Made by a program: the position numbers and the translations under genes. DNA of 62,261 nt, counting the filler. It is 6 parts of 6 records of this genome, joined end to end, with 100 filler letters (N's around TTAATTAATTAA, not from the genome) between each part and the next. Parts side by side here need not be neighbours in the genome. Positions count along the whole stretch, not along the records: positions 47,627 to 62,261 come from SRR2962707_2004; 5 more parts are not named here. One strand, given 5' to 3'. Below, piece after piece: positions 49,964-59,841 of the stretch (its first letter is position 1; each line of letters starts with the position of its first letter). The notes beneath the pieces were generated by a model. It was not told the origin of the DNA, made no database searches, and saw nothing but the letters and a program-made list of their open reading frames with translations.

Positions 49964-50506
49964 ATGTCAGAACCTCTGGAATCCCGATCGCGGCAACGCT
50001 CTCTGTTCGCCACCCTGTGTATGGTGGCGCTGGTCGCGGCCTTCAGTCTTTCAACCGCCGTTAGCGCCAAAGACGCCTCGCAAGAGATCGACTGGCTGGA
50101 ATTGATGCCAGAGGAGGATCTCAACCTACTCGAGAATATGCCAGAAGTCTCCCACGAGGGTGACGGCCCTGCCACATTGCCGGACGAGATCATGACAGGT
50201 CGCGTGGTGCCTGAAATGGATGGCCGGTCGGGCCGGATTCCGGGTTTCGTCGTGCCGCTGAAAACCACACAGGATATGCGCATTCTGGAGTTTTTCCTGG
50301 TGCCATACTATGGCGCCTGCATACACGTGCCGCCACCTCCTCCCAACCAGATCATCCATGTGAAGTACAAGAAGGGCTTCAAGCTGGAAGCACTCTACGA
50401 TCCGGTGTGGATTGAGGGCACCCTGAAGATCGAGAAGACCGAGAACGACATTGCTTCGTCCTCATACTCCATCGTGGCGGAGAACGTCTCACCCTACGAG
50501 GAGTAA
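49964..50506 (+). CDS. DUF3299 family protein (ZrgD-like)
   Basis: IDWLELMP, RIPGFVVPL and EFFLVPYYGACIHVPPPPPNQII motifs. Confidence 0.88.
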   Translation: MSEPLESRSRQRSLFATLCMVALVAAFSLSTAVSAKDASQEIDWLELMPEEDLNLLENMPEVSHEGDGPATLPDEIMTGRVVPEMDGRSGRIPGFVVPLKTTQDMRILEFFLVPYYGACIHVPPPPPNQIIHVKYKKGFKLEALYDPVWIEGTLKIEKTENDIASSSYSIVAENVSPYEE

Positions 50507-50529
50507 TGTCTTTGCAGGGCATTCATAGG

Positions 50530-51168
50530 TCAGTTGTTGACCGTAAATGCCCGGTTTGAGGGTGTCAGCCGGGCACTGCCCTGGCCAGAGGGGCTGACCC
50601 ATTCGACGGTGAGTTCCTCCATACCCTCGAACCTCTCCATCAGTGCCGATGTGAACTCCTGATCGGCGTCGATGCGGTTGCATGCCAGTTGCTGGGATAC
50701 GTCGTATTCCCGATGAGTGGCTTCCCCATGATGTTCTTCGTCATGATGTCCTTCGTCGTGATGTTCGGCCTCGTGATGATCGTGCTCGTCGTGGCCGTGA
50801 TGAGTCTCCCCACCATGGTTTTCGTCTTCCCCGCCGAGTTCCACGGCTGCGGCTGTCACGCGGCAGTCGGCCGCTGCGGTGTTGACCAGCGGCGTGGTTT
50901 CCAGCCAGCGGGTAATGTCCGCCAACCGGCTTTTTTCCGCCTCTGTGCGGGCGCCATGCTCGAACCCGGCGAGGTTGTACGCAGGGGAATTGAGCATCAG
51001 GTCAATACGGTTTTCTTCCACCGCCATCTGCAATCGGGCATGGCCGTGCTCGTGGGCGCCGGGATTGTCGGCGGCCAGCGCCATCGGTGCCAGGCTGCAG
51101 GCGGCGATCATGCATCCAAGTGTATGCAGCGAGCATGGACGGTTGGGGTGTGTGTGTTTGGCGGACAT
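50530..51168 (-). CDS. DUF2796 His-rich periplasmic zinc-binding protein (ZrgA-like)
   Basis: Signal peptide, AHEHG, SPAYNLAGFEH, His/Glu/Asp-rich loop. Confidence 0.88.
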   Translation of the reverse strand: MSAKHTHPNRPCSLHTLGCMIAACSLAPMALAADNPGAHEHGHARLQMAVEENRIDLMLNSPAYNLAGFEHGARTEAEKSRLADITRWLETTPLVNTAAADCRVTAAAVELGGEDENHGGETHHGHDEHDHHEAEHHDEGHHDEEHHGEATHREYDVSQQLACNRIDADQEFTSALMERFEGMEELTVEWVSPSGQGSARLTPSNRAFTVNN

Positions 51169-51190
51169 GGCAGGCGCTCTCCTTGAAATT

Positions 51191-51213
51191 GATATGTTAT
51201 AACATAATTTACT
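51191..51213. promoter_or_regulatory. Zur box
   Basis: GATATGTTATAACATAATTTACT contains the perfect palindrome ATGTTATAACAT and resembles GAAATGTTATA-N-TATAACATTTC; lies 22 nt upstream of the zrgA-like start. Confidence 0.8.
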
Positions 51214-51307
51214 CTTTCCCGGTCCGGAATCAAGAGGGCAAGTGTCTTAAATGCGCCTGAATGCTAGGATAGGGCCTTCACTCATTCATACAGGACCGTC
51301 CCGTTTC

Positions 51308-51904
51308 ATGTCCGAAACCGACACCTCCAACGCCCGCGCCGTCGCCTTTGAGCGCTGGGCCAATATGTTTACCGCTCACAAGGCTTTCAGTCATCCGTCA
51401 GAGCTCCATGGTGTGCTTTGTGGCCGGCTTGCTGCCGGCGCTCGTATCAGTGAAGAGGAATGGCTGGCCATGGTGTGTGAGCACATGGGCCTGCCCCAGG
51501 CTGCGACCGACGAATCGGACGAACTGCGGGAATTTATGGCCTCGGCCTATAGCCAGACGCTCGAGTTGCTCAAGGCCACCGATATGAGTTTTCAGCCCTT
51601 GCTGCCGGATGACGATTACGCCATCGAACAGCGACTGGAAGCGCTCACCTCCTGGGTGCGTGGTTTCCTGGAGGGCATGGCGCTGTCCGCTGGTCAGGCA
51701 CTGGGTGAGGCGCCGGACGAGATTCGCGAACTCATTGAAGATCTGGTGGCGATCAGTCAGGTGGCCGATGATGACGAGCCGGACGATGAAAGCGAACAAC
51801 AATTGATGGAAATCGTCGAATATGTACGGCTGGGGGCGCTAGCGGTGTTCACTGAGTTCAATCCGCCGGAAAAGCCGTCACCCAATACCCCGACTTTGCA
51901 CTGA
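51308..51904 (+). CDS. ygfB: UPF0149 family protein (YgfB)
   Basis: PSELHGVLCG, LLPDDD, WVRGFLEG, EIVEYVR; upstream of pepP. Confidence 0.88.
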   Translation: MSETDTSNARAVAFERWANMFTAHKAFSHPSELHGVLCGRLAAGARISEEEWLAMVCEHMGLPQAATDESDELREFMASAYSQTLELLKATDMSFQPLLPDDDYAIEQRLEALTSWVRGFLEGMALSAGQALGEAPDEIRELIEDLVAISQVADDDEPDDESEQQLMEIVEYVRLGALAVFTEFNPPEKPSPNTPTLH

Positions 51905-51931
51905 ACAACGCTGATACCCGTGGGAGACTTC

Positions 51932-53254
51932 ATGGCTTCACTGATACCCGTCAAGGAATTCAACGATCGCCGGCACCGGCTGATGGAAAGAATGGCGCCG
52001 GATAGCATTGCCATACTGCCAGCCGCCCCTGAACGGGTGCGCAACCGGGATGTCCTGCATCCGTTTCGCCAGGACAGTGACTTCCATTACCTGACGGGGT
52101 TTGGTGAGCCGGAAGCGGTCCTGGTTCTGATTCCCGGCCGGGAGCATGGAGAGTCCGTACTTTTCTGTAAGGAACGAAACCCGGAAAAGGAGCTTTGGGA
52201 TGGCTTCCTGGCAGGCCCCGAGGGTGCCATCGAGACCTTCGGCCTGGACGATGCCTTTCCCATTGCCGATATTGACGACATCCTGCCCGGCATGATCGAA
52301 GGTCGCAGCCGGGTGTATTACCCACTGGGCAAAGATCATAATTTTGATGCCAAGGTGATGGACTGGGTCAAACTGATCCGCAGCAAGGTGCGTTCGGGGG
52401 CCCATCCGCCCGGCGAGTTCGTAGCCTTGGAACACTTGCTCCACGACCTGCGCCTGTACAAGAGCGCGGCGGAAATCAAGGTGATGGCAAGGGCCGGCGA
52501 GATCAGTTGTGAGGCCCACAAGCGGGCGATGAAGAGGGCCGGCAAAGGGGTCTTTGAATATGCCCTGGAAGCCGAACTGATCCACACGTTTATGGAAAAC
52601 GGTGCCCGCTCCACGGCCTATCCGTCGATTGTGGGGGGCGGCCAGAACGCCTGTATCCTCCACTACATTGAAAACAGCGCCCCGTTGAACGATGGCGACC
52701 TGGTGCTTATCGATGCAGGCTGTGAACTGGAATGCTATGCCTCCGATATTACCCGTACCTTCCCGGTCAGCGGAAGGTTCAGCGATGAGCAGCGGGCCCT
52801 GTATGAAGTGGTGCTGGCGGCCCAGTACGCGGCCATTGAGGAAGTTCGTCCCGGGAATCACTGGGACCATCCCCACCAGGCCGCACTGAAAGTACTTACC
52901 CAGGGCTTGATCGATCTTGGCCTGCTCAAGGATACGACGGTAGAGCAGGCCATTGAGGAACAGGCGTTCAAGCCGTTCTTCATGCACCGTACCGGCCATT
53001 GGCTTGGCCTGGATGTGCATGATGTCGGGGACTACAAGGTGGGCGATGCGTGGCGCGAACTGGAGCCGGGCATGGCACTGACCGTGGAGCCCGGGCTATA
53101 TGTGGCGCCGGACAACACCAGCGTGGATGCGAAATGGCGTGGTATCGGCATTCGCATCGAGGATGACGTGGTGGTGACGAAAGAGGGCTGTCGGGTACTC
53201 ACCGAGGCGGTCCCCAAGACCATTCCCGAGATTGAAGCGCTGATGGCCGACTGA
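51932..53254 (+). CDS. pepP: Xaa-Pro aminopeptidase P
   Basis: FRQDSDFHYLTG, DAG..YASDITRT, HRTGHWLGLDVHD, TVEPG, RIEDD motifs. Confidence 0.95.
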   Translation: MASLIPVKEFNDRRHRLMERMAPDSIAILPAAPERVRNRDVLHPFRQDSDFHYLTGFGEPEAVLVLIPGREHGESVLFCKERNPEKELWDGFLAGPEGAIETFGLDDAFPIADIDDILPGMIEGRSRVYYPLGKDHNFDAKVMDWVKLIRSKVRSGAHPPGEFVALEHLLHDLRLYKSAAEIKVMARAGEISCEAHKRAMKRAGKGVFEYALEAELIHTFMENGARSTAYPSIVGGGQNACILHYIENSAPLNDGDLVLIDAGCELECYASDITRTFPVSGRFSDEQRALYEVVLAAQYAAIEEVRPGNHWDHPHQAALKVLTQGLIDLGLLKDTTVEQAIEEQAFKPFFMHRTGHWLGLDVHDVGDYKVGDAWRELEPGMALTVEPGLYVAPDNTSVDAKWRGIGIRIEDDVVVTKEGCRVLTEAVPKTIPEIEALMAD

Positions 53255-53256
53255 CC

Positions 53257-54537
53257 GTGAACCAGCACGATACCGATATCATCATCGCCGGTGGTGGGCT
53301 GGCAGGAGCCACCCTGGCATTGGCGCTGGCGAGAACCTTGCCGCAATTGCGGGTGACCGTGGTAGAGGCGTTTCCGTTGTCTCCGGAGGCCCTGCCTGAC
53401 AGTTACCAGCCCAGCTACGATGCCCGCTCCACAGCGCTGGCCTGGGGCTCAAGATTGATCTTTGAAGAACTGGGCCTGTGGCAACAGCTTTCCGAGCATG
53501 CCACGCCCATTCGCCATATTCATGTATCGGATCGTGGGCATTTCGGGGCCACGCGCCTGAACGCCGCCGAGCACCAACAGGAGGCTCTGGGCTATGTCGC
53601 GGACAACCGCTGGATGGGGCTGTGCCTGATGCGGGAACTGCTGCAGACGCATGTGGTCTGGGAAGCACCGGCGGAAGTGACAGCCATGCAGCCGCTATCG
53701 GAGGGTGTTCGCGTTACCCTGGGCGCCGACACGGGAAATCGGGAACTGACCGCGCAGTGTCTGTTGGTGGCTGACGGCGGCCGTTCCGGCCTGCGTGAAA
53801 CACTGGGCTTCCGGGTCAATGAACAGGCGTACGATCAGCATGCCCTGATCGCCAATGTCTCCACCTCCCATAGTCATGAGTTTACCGCGTTTGAACGTTT
53901 CACCGATGCTGGCCCCATGGCGTTGTTGCCTCACGGCTCGCCAGCGCGCGCCGGCACAAACGCCGCCCTGGTATGGACGTTGAGTAGTAAGGCTCTTGAT
54001 GAACTGCTGTCATTGGGCGATGACGATAAGTGCCAGCGACTGCAGCATCGTTTTGGCTGGCGCCTGGGGCGTTTTACCCGCATCGGTGAATGCAGCCACT
54101 ACCCGCTGACCCTGAAAACCGTGGATGAGGCGGTTCGGCCTGGTGTGGTGTTGGTAGGCAATGCGGCGCACACCCTTCATCCGGTTGCCGGTCAGGGCTT
54201 CAACCTGGCGTTGAGAGGCCTGATGGCGCTGGTGGAACAGTTCCGTGTGGCCGTCGAGCAGCAGCAACCCCTGGGCAGCCTGGGCGTGCTTAACGCTTAT
54301 CAGGCTCGTCATCGCCGGGACTGGCAACAAACCGTACGGTTTTCCGACTCACTGATCCAGCTTTTCGGTAATCATCTACCCCTGGTGGCCACCGCCCGCG
54401 ACGCCGGCCTGATGGGGCTGGATCTGCTACCCGGCGCCAAGCGCTGGTTTGCCCGCCAGGCTATGGGCCTGGGTGGGCGCCGGGCCGAGCTTCGTACTCC
54501 TGACAACGTTTTCTCGGAACGCAATGACCATGAGTGA
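53257..54537 (+). CDS. ubiH: 2-octaprenyl-6-methoxyphenol hydroxylase
   Basis: GGGLAG, YDARSTAL, AFERF, GNAAHTLHPVAGQGFNL; follows pepP. Confidence 0.9.
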   Translation: MNQHDTDIIIAGGGLAGATLALALARTLPQLRVTVVEAFPLSPEALPDSYQPSYDARSTALAWGSRLIFEELGLWQQLSEHATPIRHIHVSDRGHFGATRLNAAEHQQEALGYVADNRWMGLCLMRELLQTHVVWEAPAEVTAMQPLSEGVRVTLGADTGNRELTAQCLLVADGGRSGLRETLGFRVNEQAYDQHALIANVSTSHSHEFTAFERFTDAGPMALLPHGSPARAGTNAALVWTLSSKALDELLSLGDDDKCQRLQHRFGWRLGRFTRIGECSHYPLTLKTVDEAVRPGVVLVGNAAHTLHPVAGQGFNLALRGLMALVEQFRVAVEQQQPLGSLGVLNAYQARHRRDWQQTVRFSDSLIQLFGNHLPLVATARDAGLMGLDLLPGAKRWFARQAMGLGGRRAELRTPDNVFSERNDHE

Positions 54538-55753
54538 GCAACCGCAATTCGATATCCTGGTGGTTGGCGGCGGCATGGTGGGCTCGGCCCTGGCGCTGGG
54601 TTTGTCTCGGCAGGGCTGGAATGTCGGGCTGGTGGAAGGTGCCGACCGAAAGGCCTTGATGCAGGGCCTCGAAGAAGCGCTATCTGTGGAAGATTTCGAC
54701 CCCCGCGTGAGCGCCATTTCGGTCGCCAGCCAGCGGCTGCTGGAACAGTTGGGGGTATGGCCGGACATAACCGCTGGTCGCCACTGTTCCTACCAGACAA
54801 TGACGGTGTGGGACGGCGATGGCACCGGCCGCATCCAGTTCGAGGCGGCAGAGCTCCGCGCCCCGGCGCTGGGTACGATCATTGAGAACCGTCGAATTGT
54901 GCAGGCACTGTTTGATGCCCTGGCTGACAGCGCTGTGACCCTGATTGACGGGGTCAGGGTGAGTGGCTGGTGGCAGGACGGGCACACGCGAGGCATCCGC
55001 CTGGAAGACGGCCAGACCTTCGGCGCCAGGCTTGTAGTGGCGGCGGACGGTGCCCACTCCCGATTGCGCCAGTGGGTGGGGCTACCGACCCGCGAGTGGG
55101 ATTACGGCCAGCAGGCCATCGTATGCACCGTTCGAACGGCCCAGAGCCACCGCTATACCGCCTGGCAACGGTTCTCGCCCACAGGACCTCTGGCGTTCCT
55201 GCCATTGTTGTCAGAGTCCGGCGATGAGCATTTTTGTTCTATTGTATGGTCACAGGATACTGAAGAGGCACGGCGTCTGATGGGGCTGGATGACCACGCC
55301 TTCAAAGCGGAACTGGAACGGGCGATAGAGCGTGAACTGGGCGCAGTGGATCTGGTCTCGCGTCGCTACGCGTTTCCTTTGCGTCAACGCCATGCCAAGG
55401 AATACATCGCCCCTGGCTTTGCGCTGGTGGGAGATGCTGCCCATACCATTCATCCCCTGGCCGGCCAGGGGGCGAATCTGGGTTATGGGGATGTTCGTGC
55501 GTTGCTGGATGAACTTGCCAGTGCCCGGAGCAAAGGCATTGATCCAGACAACGAGCTTGTTCTGGCTCGCTACCAGCGCCGTCGCAAGGGTGAGAACCTC
55601 GCGATGATGGCGGCCATGGAAGGTTTCAAGCAACTGTTTGGCCGAGATGAGTTGACCCTGCGTTGGCTTCGCAACACCGGCATGCGCTGGCTGAACCAGC
55701 TTGGGCCGATCAAGAATCGTATTGCCGCCGAGGCCATGGGGCTGGATGCCTGA
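54530..55753 (+). CDS. ubiI: UbiH/UbiF/VisC-family hydroxylase (UbiI position)
   Basis: GGGMVG, RVSAI, GDAAHTIHPLAGQGANLG; follows ubiH. Confidence 0.8.
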   Translation: MSEQPQFDILVVGGGMVGSALALGLSRQGWNVGLVEGADRKALMQGLEEALSVEDFDPRVSAISVASQRLLEQLGVWPDITAGRHCSYQTMTVWDGDGTGRIQFEAAELRAPALGTIIENRRIVQALFDALADSAVTLIDGVRVSGWWQDGHTRGIRLEDGQTFGARLVVAADGAHSRLRQWVGLPTREWDYGQQAIVCTVRTAQSHRYTAWQRFSPTGPLAFLPLLSESGDEHFCSIVWSQDTEEARRLMGLDDHAFKAELERAIERELGAVDLVSRRYAFPLRQRHAKEYIAPGFALVGDAAHTIHPLAGQGANLGYGDVRALLDELASARSKGIDPDNELVLARYQRRRKGENLAMMAAMEGFKQLFGRDELTLRWLRNTGMRWLNQLGPIKNRIAAEAMGLDA

Positions 55754-55805
55754 GTATGGTTTGCAGGGCGCACTATAAACATCGTTGAACCAAAAGGAAT
55801 TCGTT

Positions 55806-56720
55806 ATGGCTGCCAGCAGTCTCCTCGTATTGATTGATGACATCGCCACGGTTCTGGACGATGTGGCGTTGATGACCAAGGCGGCCACCAAGAAAACCGC
55901 CGGCGTGCTGGGGGATGACCTTGCGCTTAATGCCCAACAGGTGACCGGTGTGAAACCTGCGCGGGAACTGCCGGTGGTCTGGGCGGTGGCGAAGGGCTCG
56001 ATGCTCAACAAGACCATCCTGGTTCCGGGCGCTCTCGCCATCAGCTTCTTCGTGCCCTGGTTGGTGATTCCCCTGCTGATGCTCGGCGGCGCCTTTCTCT
56101 GCTTTGAGGGGTTTGAAAAAATCGCTCACCGGTTCCTCCACAGGCAGGAAGATGAACAGCACAAGGAAGAACTCCGCAACGCCCTCAAAAATCCCGACGC
56201 CGATCTGAAAGCGGTTGAGAAAGACAAGATCAAAGGGGCGATTCGCACGGACTTTATCCTATCGGCTGAAATCATAGCGATCACCCTGGGAACGGTCAGT
56301 AGTCAGAGCATCGGAATGCAGTTCATGGTGCTGACGGTCGTCGCCATAATGATCACCATCGGTGTCTACGGCCTGGTGGCCGGCATTGTGAAACTGGACG
56401 ATGGCGGTCTCTACCTCAGCCAGAAAGAAAGCCCATTTGCCAAGCGGGTTGGGGAAGGCATCCTCTGGTTTGCTCCCTGGATGATGAAAGCCTTGTCAGT
56501 GCTGGGCACCATTGCCATGTTCCTGGTGGGTGGCGGCATTCTCACCCATGGACTGCCACCGGTATATGAGGCCATTCATCTCTTTGTCGAAGGTTTTGGT
56601 GGTGTCGCCCAGGCCGTAGTTCCGGTGCTTGCGGACGGCCTTTTCGGCGTTGTAGCGGGGGCTTTGCTGGTAGCGGTGATCACACCACTGACAAAACTCT
56701 GGAAGGCGCGTTCGGCCTGA
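55806..56720 (+). CDS. DUF808 (YedI-like) inner membrane protein
   Basis: LIDDIATVLDDVALMTK..GDDLALNA and GAIRTDFILSAEI motifs. Confidence 0.88.
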   Translation: MAASSLLVLIDDIATVLDDVALMTKAATKKTAGVLGDDLALNAQQVTGVKPARELPVVWAVAKGSMLNKTILVPGALAISFFVPWLVIPLLMLGGAFLCFEGFEKIAHRFLHRQEDEQHKEELRNALKNPDADLKAVEKDKIKGAIRTDFILSAEIIAITLGTVSSQSIGMQFMVLTVVAIMITIGVYGLVAGIVKLDDGGLYLSQKESPFAKRVGEGILWFAPWMMKALSVLGTIAMFLVGGGILTHGLPPVYEAIHLFVEGFGGVAQAVVPVLADGLFGVVAGALLVAVITPLTKLWKARSA

Positions 56721-56721
56721 G

Positions 56722-57441
56722 CTAAACGCAGGCGTCGAACAGGCGGCTGACCAGCACAGGTACGGCGGTCTCCACCCGGAGGATACGGTTGCCAAGGTGC
56801 ACCGCCTCGCAGCCCGCCTCGGTCAGCTTGTCGACTTCATACGGTATGAACCCGCCTTCCGGGCCAACGCACAGGGTGGCGGGTTCGTTGATGTGTGCCG
56901 GGCAGGGCTCGCTGGTACCGGGATGGGCCACCAGGGCACGGGTATTTCTCAGCAGGGCCGGCAATTCATCTTCCACAAACGGCTTGAACAGCTTGCGGAC
57001 GTGCAGCCGGGGCAGGTGGGTGTCCCGCGCCTGCTCCAGGCCGAGTACCATGTTTTCCCGCAGATTGTCCTCCGACAGCCACGGCGTTTGCCAGAAGCTT
57101 TTCTCCACCTTGTAGGCATTGATCAGCCAGATGTCCTTGACGCCAAGGGTTGCGCAGGTCTGCAGTACACGGCGGAACATCTTTGGCCGTGGCATGGCCA
57201 GGATCAGCGTCAAGGGGAGGGGGGCTGGCGGCGGTGCAGTTAATTCCACCTTCAGTACGGCCTCGGCATCGGTAAGCCTGACCACGCGGCCCGTGCCAAT
57301 ATCGCCGTCCACCAGGCCCACGGGGACCAAGTCGCCTTCCGCGACCTTCAACACTGAATGCAGGTGTGCCAGCCGGCGGCCTGTGAGCAAGGCTGTGTCC
57401 GTCGCCACGAAATCATCCTGGAACAGCAGTGCCAGGTTCAT
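56722..57441 (-). CDS. RsmE-family 16S rRNA m3U1498 methyltransferase
   Basis: SPOUT motifs VGPEGGF and LGNRILRVETA. Confidence 0.85.
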   Translation of the reverse strand: MNLALLFQDDFVATDTALLTGRRLAHLHSVLKVAEGDLVPVGLVDGDIGTGRVVRLTDAEAVLKVELTAPPPAPLPLTLILAMPRPKMFRRVLQTCATLGVKDIWLINAYKVEKSFWQTPWLSEDNLRENMVLGLEQARDTHLPRLHVRKLFKPFVEDELPALLRNTRALVAHPGTSEPCPAHINEPATLCVGPEGGFIPYEVDKLTEAGCEAVHLGNRILRVETAVPVLVSRLFDACV

Positions 57442-58232
57442 TCGTTGGAGGCGTCCGTTGCGTCAGGGGTTTCCACCTCGCGCCTGGCGAGCCGACCAAA
57501 CAGAATGCCGAGTTCAAACAACAGCCACATGGGCACCGCCAGCAGAGTCTGGGAGATGATGTCCGGTGGGGTCAGCAACATGCCGATTACGAAGCAGCCC
57601 ACCACGATGTACGGGCGCTTCGCAGCGAGGTCTTCGGGCGTGGTGGCGCCAGTGAGAATCAGCAGTATGGTGGCGATGGGAATTTCGAAGGCGACCCCGA
57701 AAGCGAAGAACATCTTCAGTACGAAATTGAGGTAGCTGCTGATATCCGGCAACTCAACAATGCCTTCCGGGCCGATGGCGGTGAAGAATCCGAACACCAG
57801 CGGGAACACCACGTAATAGGCAAAGGCCGCCCCCAGATAAAACAGGACGACTGACGTAAACAGTAAGGGGAACGCCAGTTTCTTCTCATGGGCATACAGG
57901 CCCGGCGCAATAAAACTCCAGAGCTGGTAGAGGATCACCGGAATGGCCACGAACACAGCTAGCACCAGGGCCAGTTTCAATGGCGCGAAGAACGGCGAGG
58001 TGATGTCCGTTGCGATCATGGTCTGGCCGACTGGCAGCAGGTCCCGCAAGGGTTGCGATATCAGCAGGTAGAGTTCATTGGCAAACGGGTAGATGGCGGC
58101 AAAACAGATGATCACCGCCAACACCATTTTCAGCAGGCGGTTGCGCAGCTCCAGCAAATGCTCGATCAGTGGCATTTCCGGCTGTGCATCTTCGGGACGT
58201 TGGGCGTTTTTGCCGTCGGGCTGGGTGGTCAT
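57438..58232 (-). CDS. tatC: Twin-arginine translocase TatC
   Basis: PLIEHLLELRNR, FIAPGLY, FEIP, LTPPD motifs. Confidence 0.96.
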   Translation of the reverse strand: MTTQPDGKNAQRPEDAQPEMPLIEHLLELRNRLLKMVLAVIICFAAIYPFANELYLLISQPLRDLLPVGQTMIATDITSPFFAPLKLALVLAVFVAIPVILYQLWSFIAPGLYAHEKKLAFPLLFTSVVLFYLGAAFAYYVVFPLVFGFFTAIGPEGIVELPDISSYLNFVLKMFFAFGVAFEIPIATILLILTGATTPEDLAAKRPYIVVGCFVIGMLLTPPDIISQTLLAVPMWLLFELGILFGRLARREVETPDATDASNE

Positions 58233-58732
58233 GAACGGTTATCCGGCGTGCTTTCCTGTTGTTTCGGGGTGCCATCGGCCGAATGGTCGTGCGTGCTGTC
58301 ATCCTCTCGTGGCGGATCATCAGGGGCCAGAGAGGCATGTCCGGAACCGTTGGCTGAGGTAGGGTCTTCCTCAGGGTCCATTACGGGCTCTTCGGGTTCG
58401 GCAATCCGACGGGTCGCAGGTGCGGGCCGGTGTTTGGGCTTATCGTCGTCGGACAGAACCATGTGTTCGTATTTCTTGGCCTCGTCCAGGGCGCCGCGCA
58501 CCGACTTCTGGACATCTTCCAGGCCGACGTCGCCGGCTTTGCGCAGTTCTTCGCGAAGCTCTTCCGCCTTGAGCTGACGGTCGAGTTCCGAGGAGAACTG
58601 GCTCACCATGCGGCGGGCACCACCAATCCAGCGCCCGGCTGCCCGGGCCGCTGTAGGCAGCCGTTCGGGGCCGAGAACCAGTAACGCAATGACGCCGCAG
58701 ATCAGCAGCTCGACAAAGCCGATATCAAACAT
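58229..58732 (-). CDS. tatB: Twin-arginine translocase TatB
   Basis: MFDIGFVELL..LGPERLP. Confidence 0.95.
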   Translation of the reverse strand: MFDIGFVELLICGVIALLVLGPERLPTAARAAGRWIGGARRMVSQFSSELDRQLKAEELREELRKAGDVGLEDVQKSVRGALDEAKKYEHMVLSDDDKPKHRPAPATRRIAEPEEPVMDPEEDPTSANGSGHASLAPDDPPREDDSTHDHSADGTPKQQESTPDNRS

Positions 58733-58742
58733 TCAGCCCGTC

Positions 58743-58979
58743 TCAGCTGTGGGACTTGTCCCGTGGCTTTTCTTCGGCGCGGGCTTCATGAGCTTTCGCG
58801 TCGGCATCGTCTGCAATGGCGTCCGGGTCATCGTCCTTCTTGTCGTCTTCGTTCATGGATTTTTTGAACCCACGAATGGCACCGCCGAGATCCCCGCCGA
58901 TGTTGCGGAGCTTTTTGGTTCCGAACAACAGGATAACAATGCCAAGTACGATTAGGAGTTGCCAGATACTGATGCCCAT
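58743..58979 (-). CDS. tatA: Twin-arginine translocase TatA
   Basis: [27 protein letters not shown]. Confidence 0.95.
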   Translation of the reverse strand: MGISIWQLLIVLGIVILLFGTKKLRNIGGDLGGAIRGFKKSMNEDDKKDDDPDAIADDADAKAHEARAEEKPRDKSHS

Positions 58980-59067
58980 GCCGGGACCCTCGTCTTAAGG
59001 TTTCTGTTACGGTTGATTGTACGCCACTTCGGGGGGCTTCCGGAAACCCTCTTCAGGGCTGCCCGGA

Positions 59068-59397
59068 TCACTGATCCCGGGAGGCTTTTTCTTCAAGGCC
59101 AGACAGGTCAAATCGGCTGGCGAGCTCGTCGATGACGTCCTTGGGGCCAAGGCCAAGCCGGGACAGCATTACCATGCTGTGAAACCAGAGGTCGGCGGTT
59201 TCATAAACCACGTCCCGGGTTTCACCGGAGTGCTCCGCGTCCTTGGCGGCCAACAACGTCTCGGTGCACTCTTCCCCTACCTTTTCCAGGATCTTGTTGA
59301 GCCCCTTCTGGTGCAGGCTGGCGACATAGGAGGTTTCCGGATCGGCCTCCTTGCGGGCTTCCAGCACCTGGGCCAATTGCTCAAGAATGTCACTCAT
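59068..59397 (-). CDS. hisE: Phosphoribosyl-ATP pyrophosphatase
   Basis: [20 protein letters not shown] motifs. Confidence 0.94.
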   Translation of the reverse strand: MSDILEQLAQVLEARKEADPETSYVASLHQKGLNKILEKVGEECTETLLAAKDAEHSGETRDVVYETADLWFHSMVMLSRLGLGPKDVIDELASRFDLSGLEEKASRDQ

Positions 59398-59827
59398 GGT
59401 TGCTACCTCCCTGTTTGTCACCGTAAATAGCGCCGGGATCCCGCAGAACCGGATCCACGCTCGTCCATTGCCCGCCTTCCAGTTTGCGATAGAAGCAGCT
59501 TCGTCGCCCGGTGTGGCAGGCGATACCGCCTTTCTGCTCAACCTTCAGAAGAATCACGTCTTCATCGCAGTCCAGCCGGATTTCCGAGATCACCTGTTGG
59601 TGCCCGGAGGTTTCCCCTTTGCGCCACAATTTTCCGCGGGAACGGGACCAATATACGGCCTGGCCTTCTTCAGCGGTCAGCCGGAGCGACTCTGCGTTCA
59701 TCCAGGCCATCATCAGGATGTCGCCGGTAGCGGCGTCCTGGGCAATGGCAGGTATCAGCCCATCCGCATTCCAGCGGATTTCCTCTAACCAGTCAGGCGT
59801 CCCGACTCTAGCGTTTGAATCTTGCAT
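59390..59827 (-). CDS. hisI: Phosphoribosyl-AMP cyclohydrolase
   Basis: [26 protein letters not shown] motifs. Confidence 0.95.
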   Translation of the reverse strand: MQDSNARVGTPDWLEEIRWNADGLIPAIAQDAATGDILMMAWMNAESLRLTAEEGQAVYWSRSRGKLWRKGETSGHQQVISEIRLDCDEDVILLKVEQKGGIACHTGRRSCFYRKLEGGQWTSVDPVLRDPGAIYGDKQGGSNHE

Positions 59828-59841
59828 TTAGATGACTTCCG

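Noticed and set aside
50720-50830. Periodic repeats as a CRISPR or VNTR array
   Set aside because: They encode the His-rich loop of the DUF2796 protein. I saw no repeat-spacer structure or cas genes in the window.
51911-51951. CTGATACCCGT direct repeat around the pepP start
   Set aside because: Only 11 nt, one copy is coding, and no insertion lies between them; not supportable as a target-site duplication or operator.
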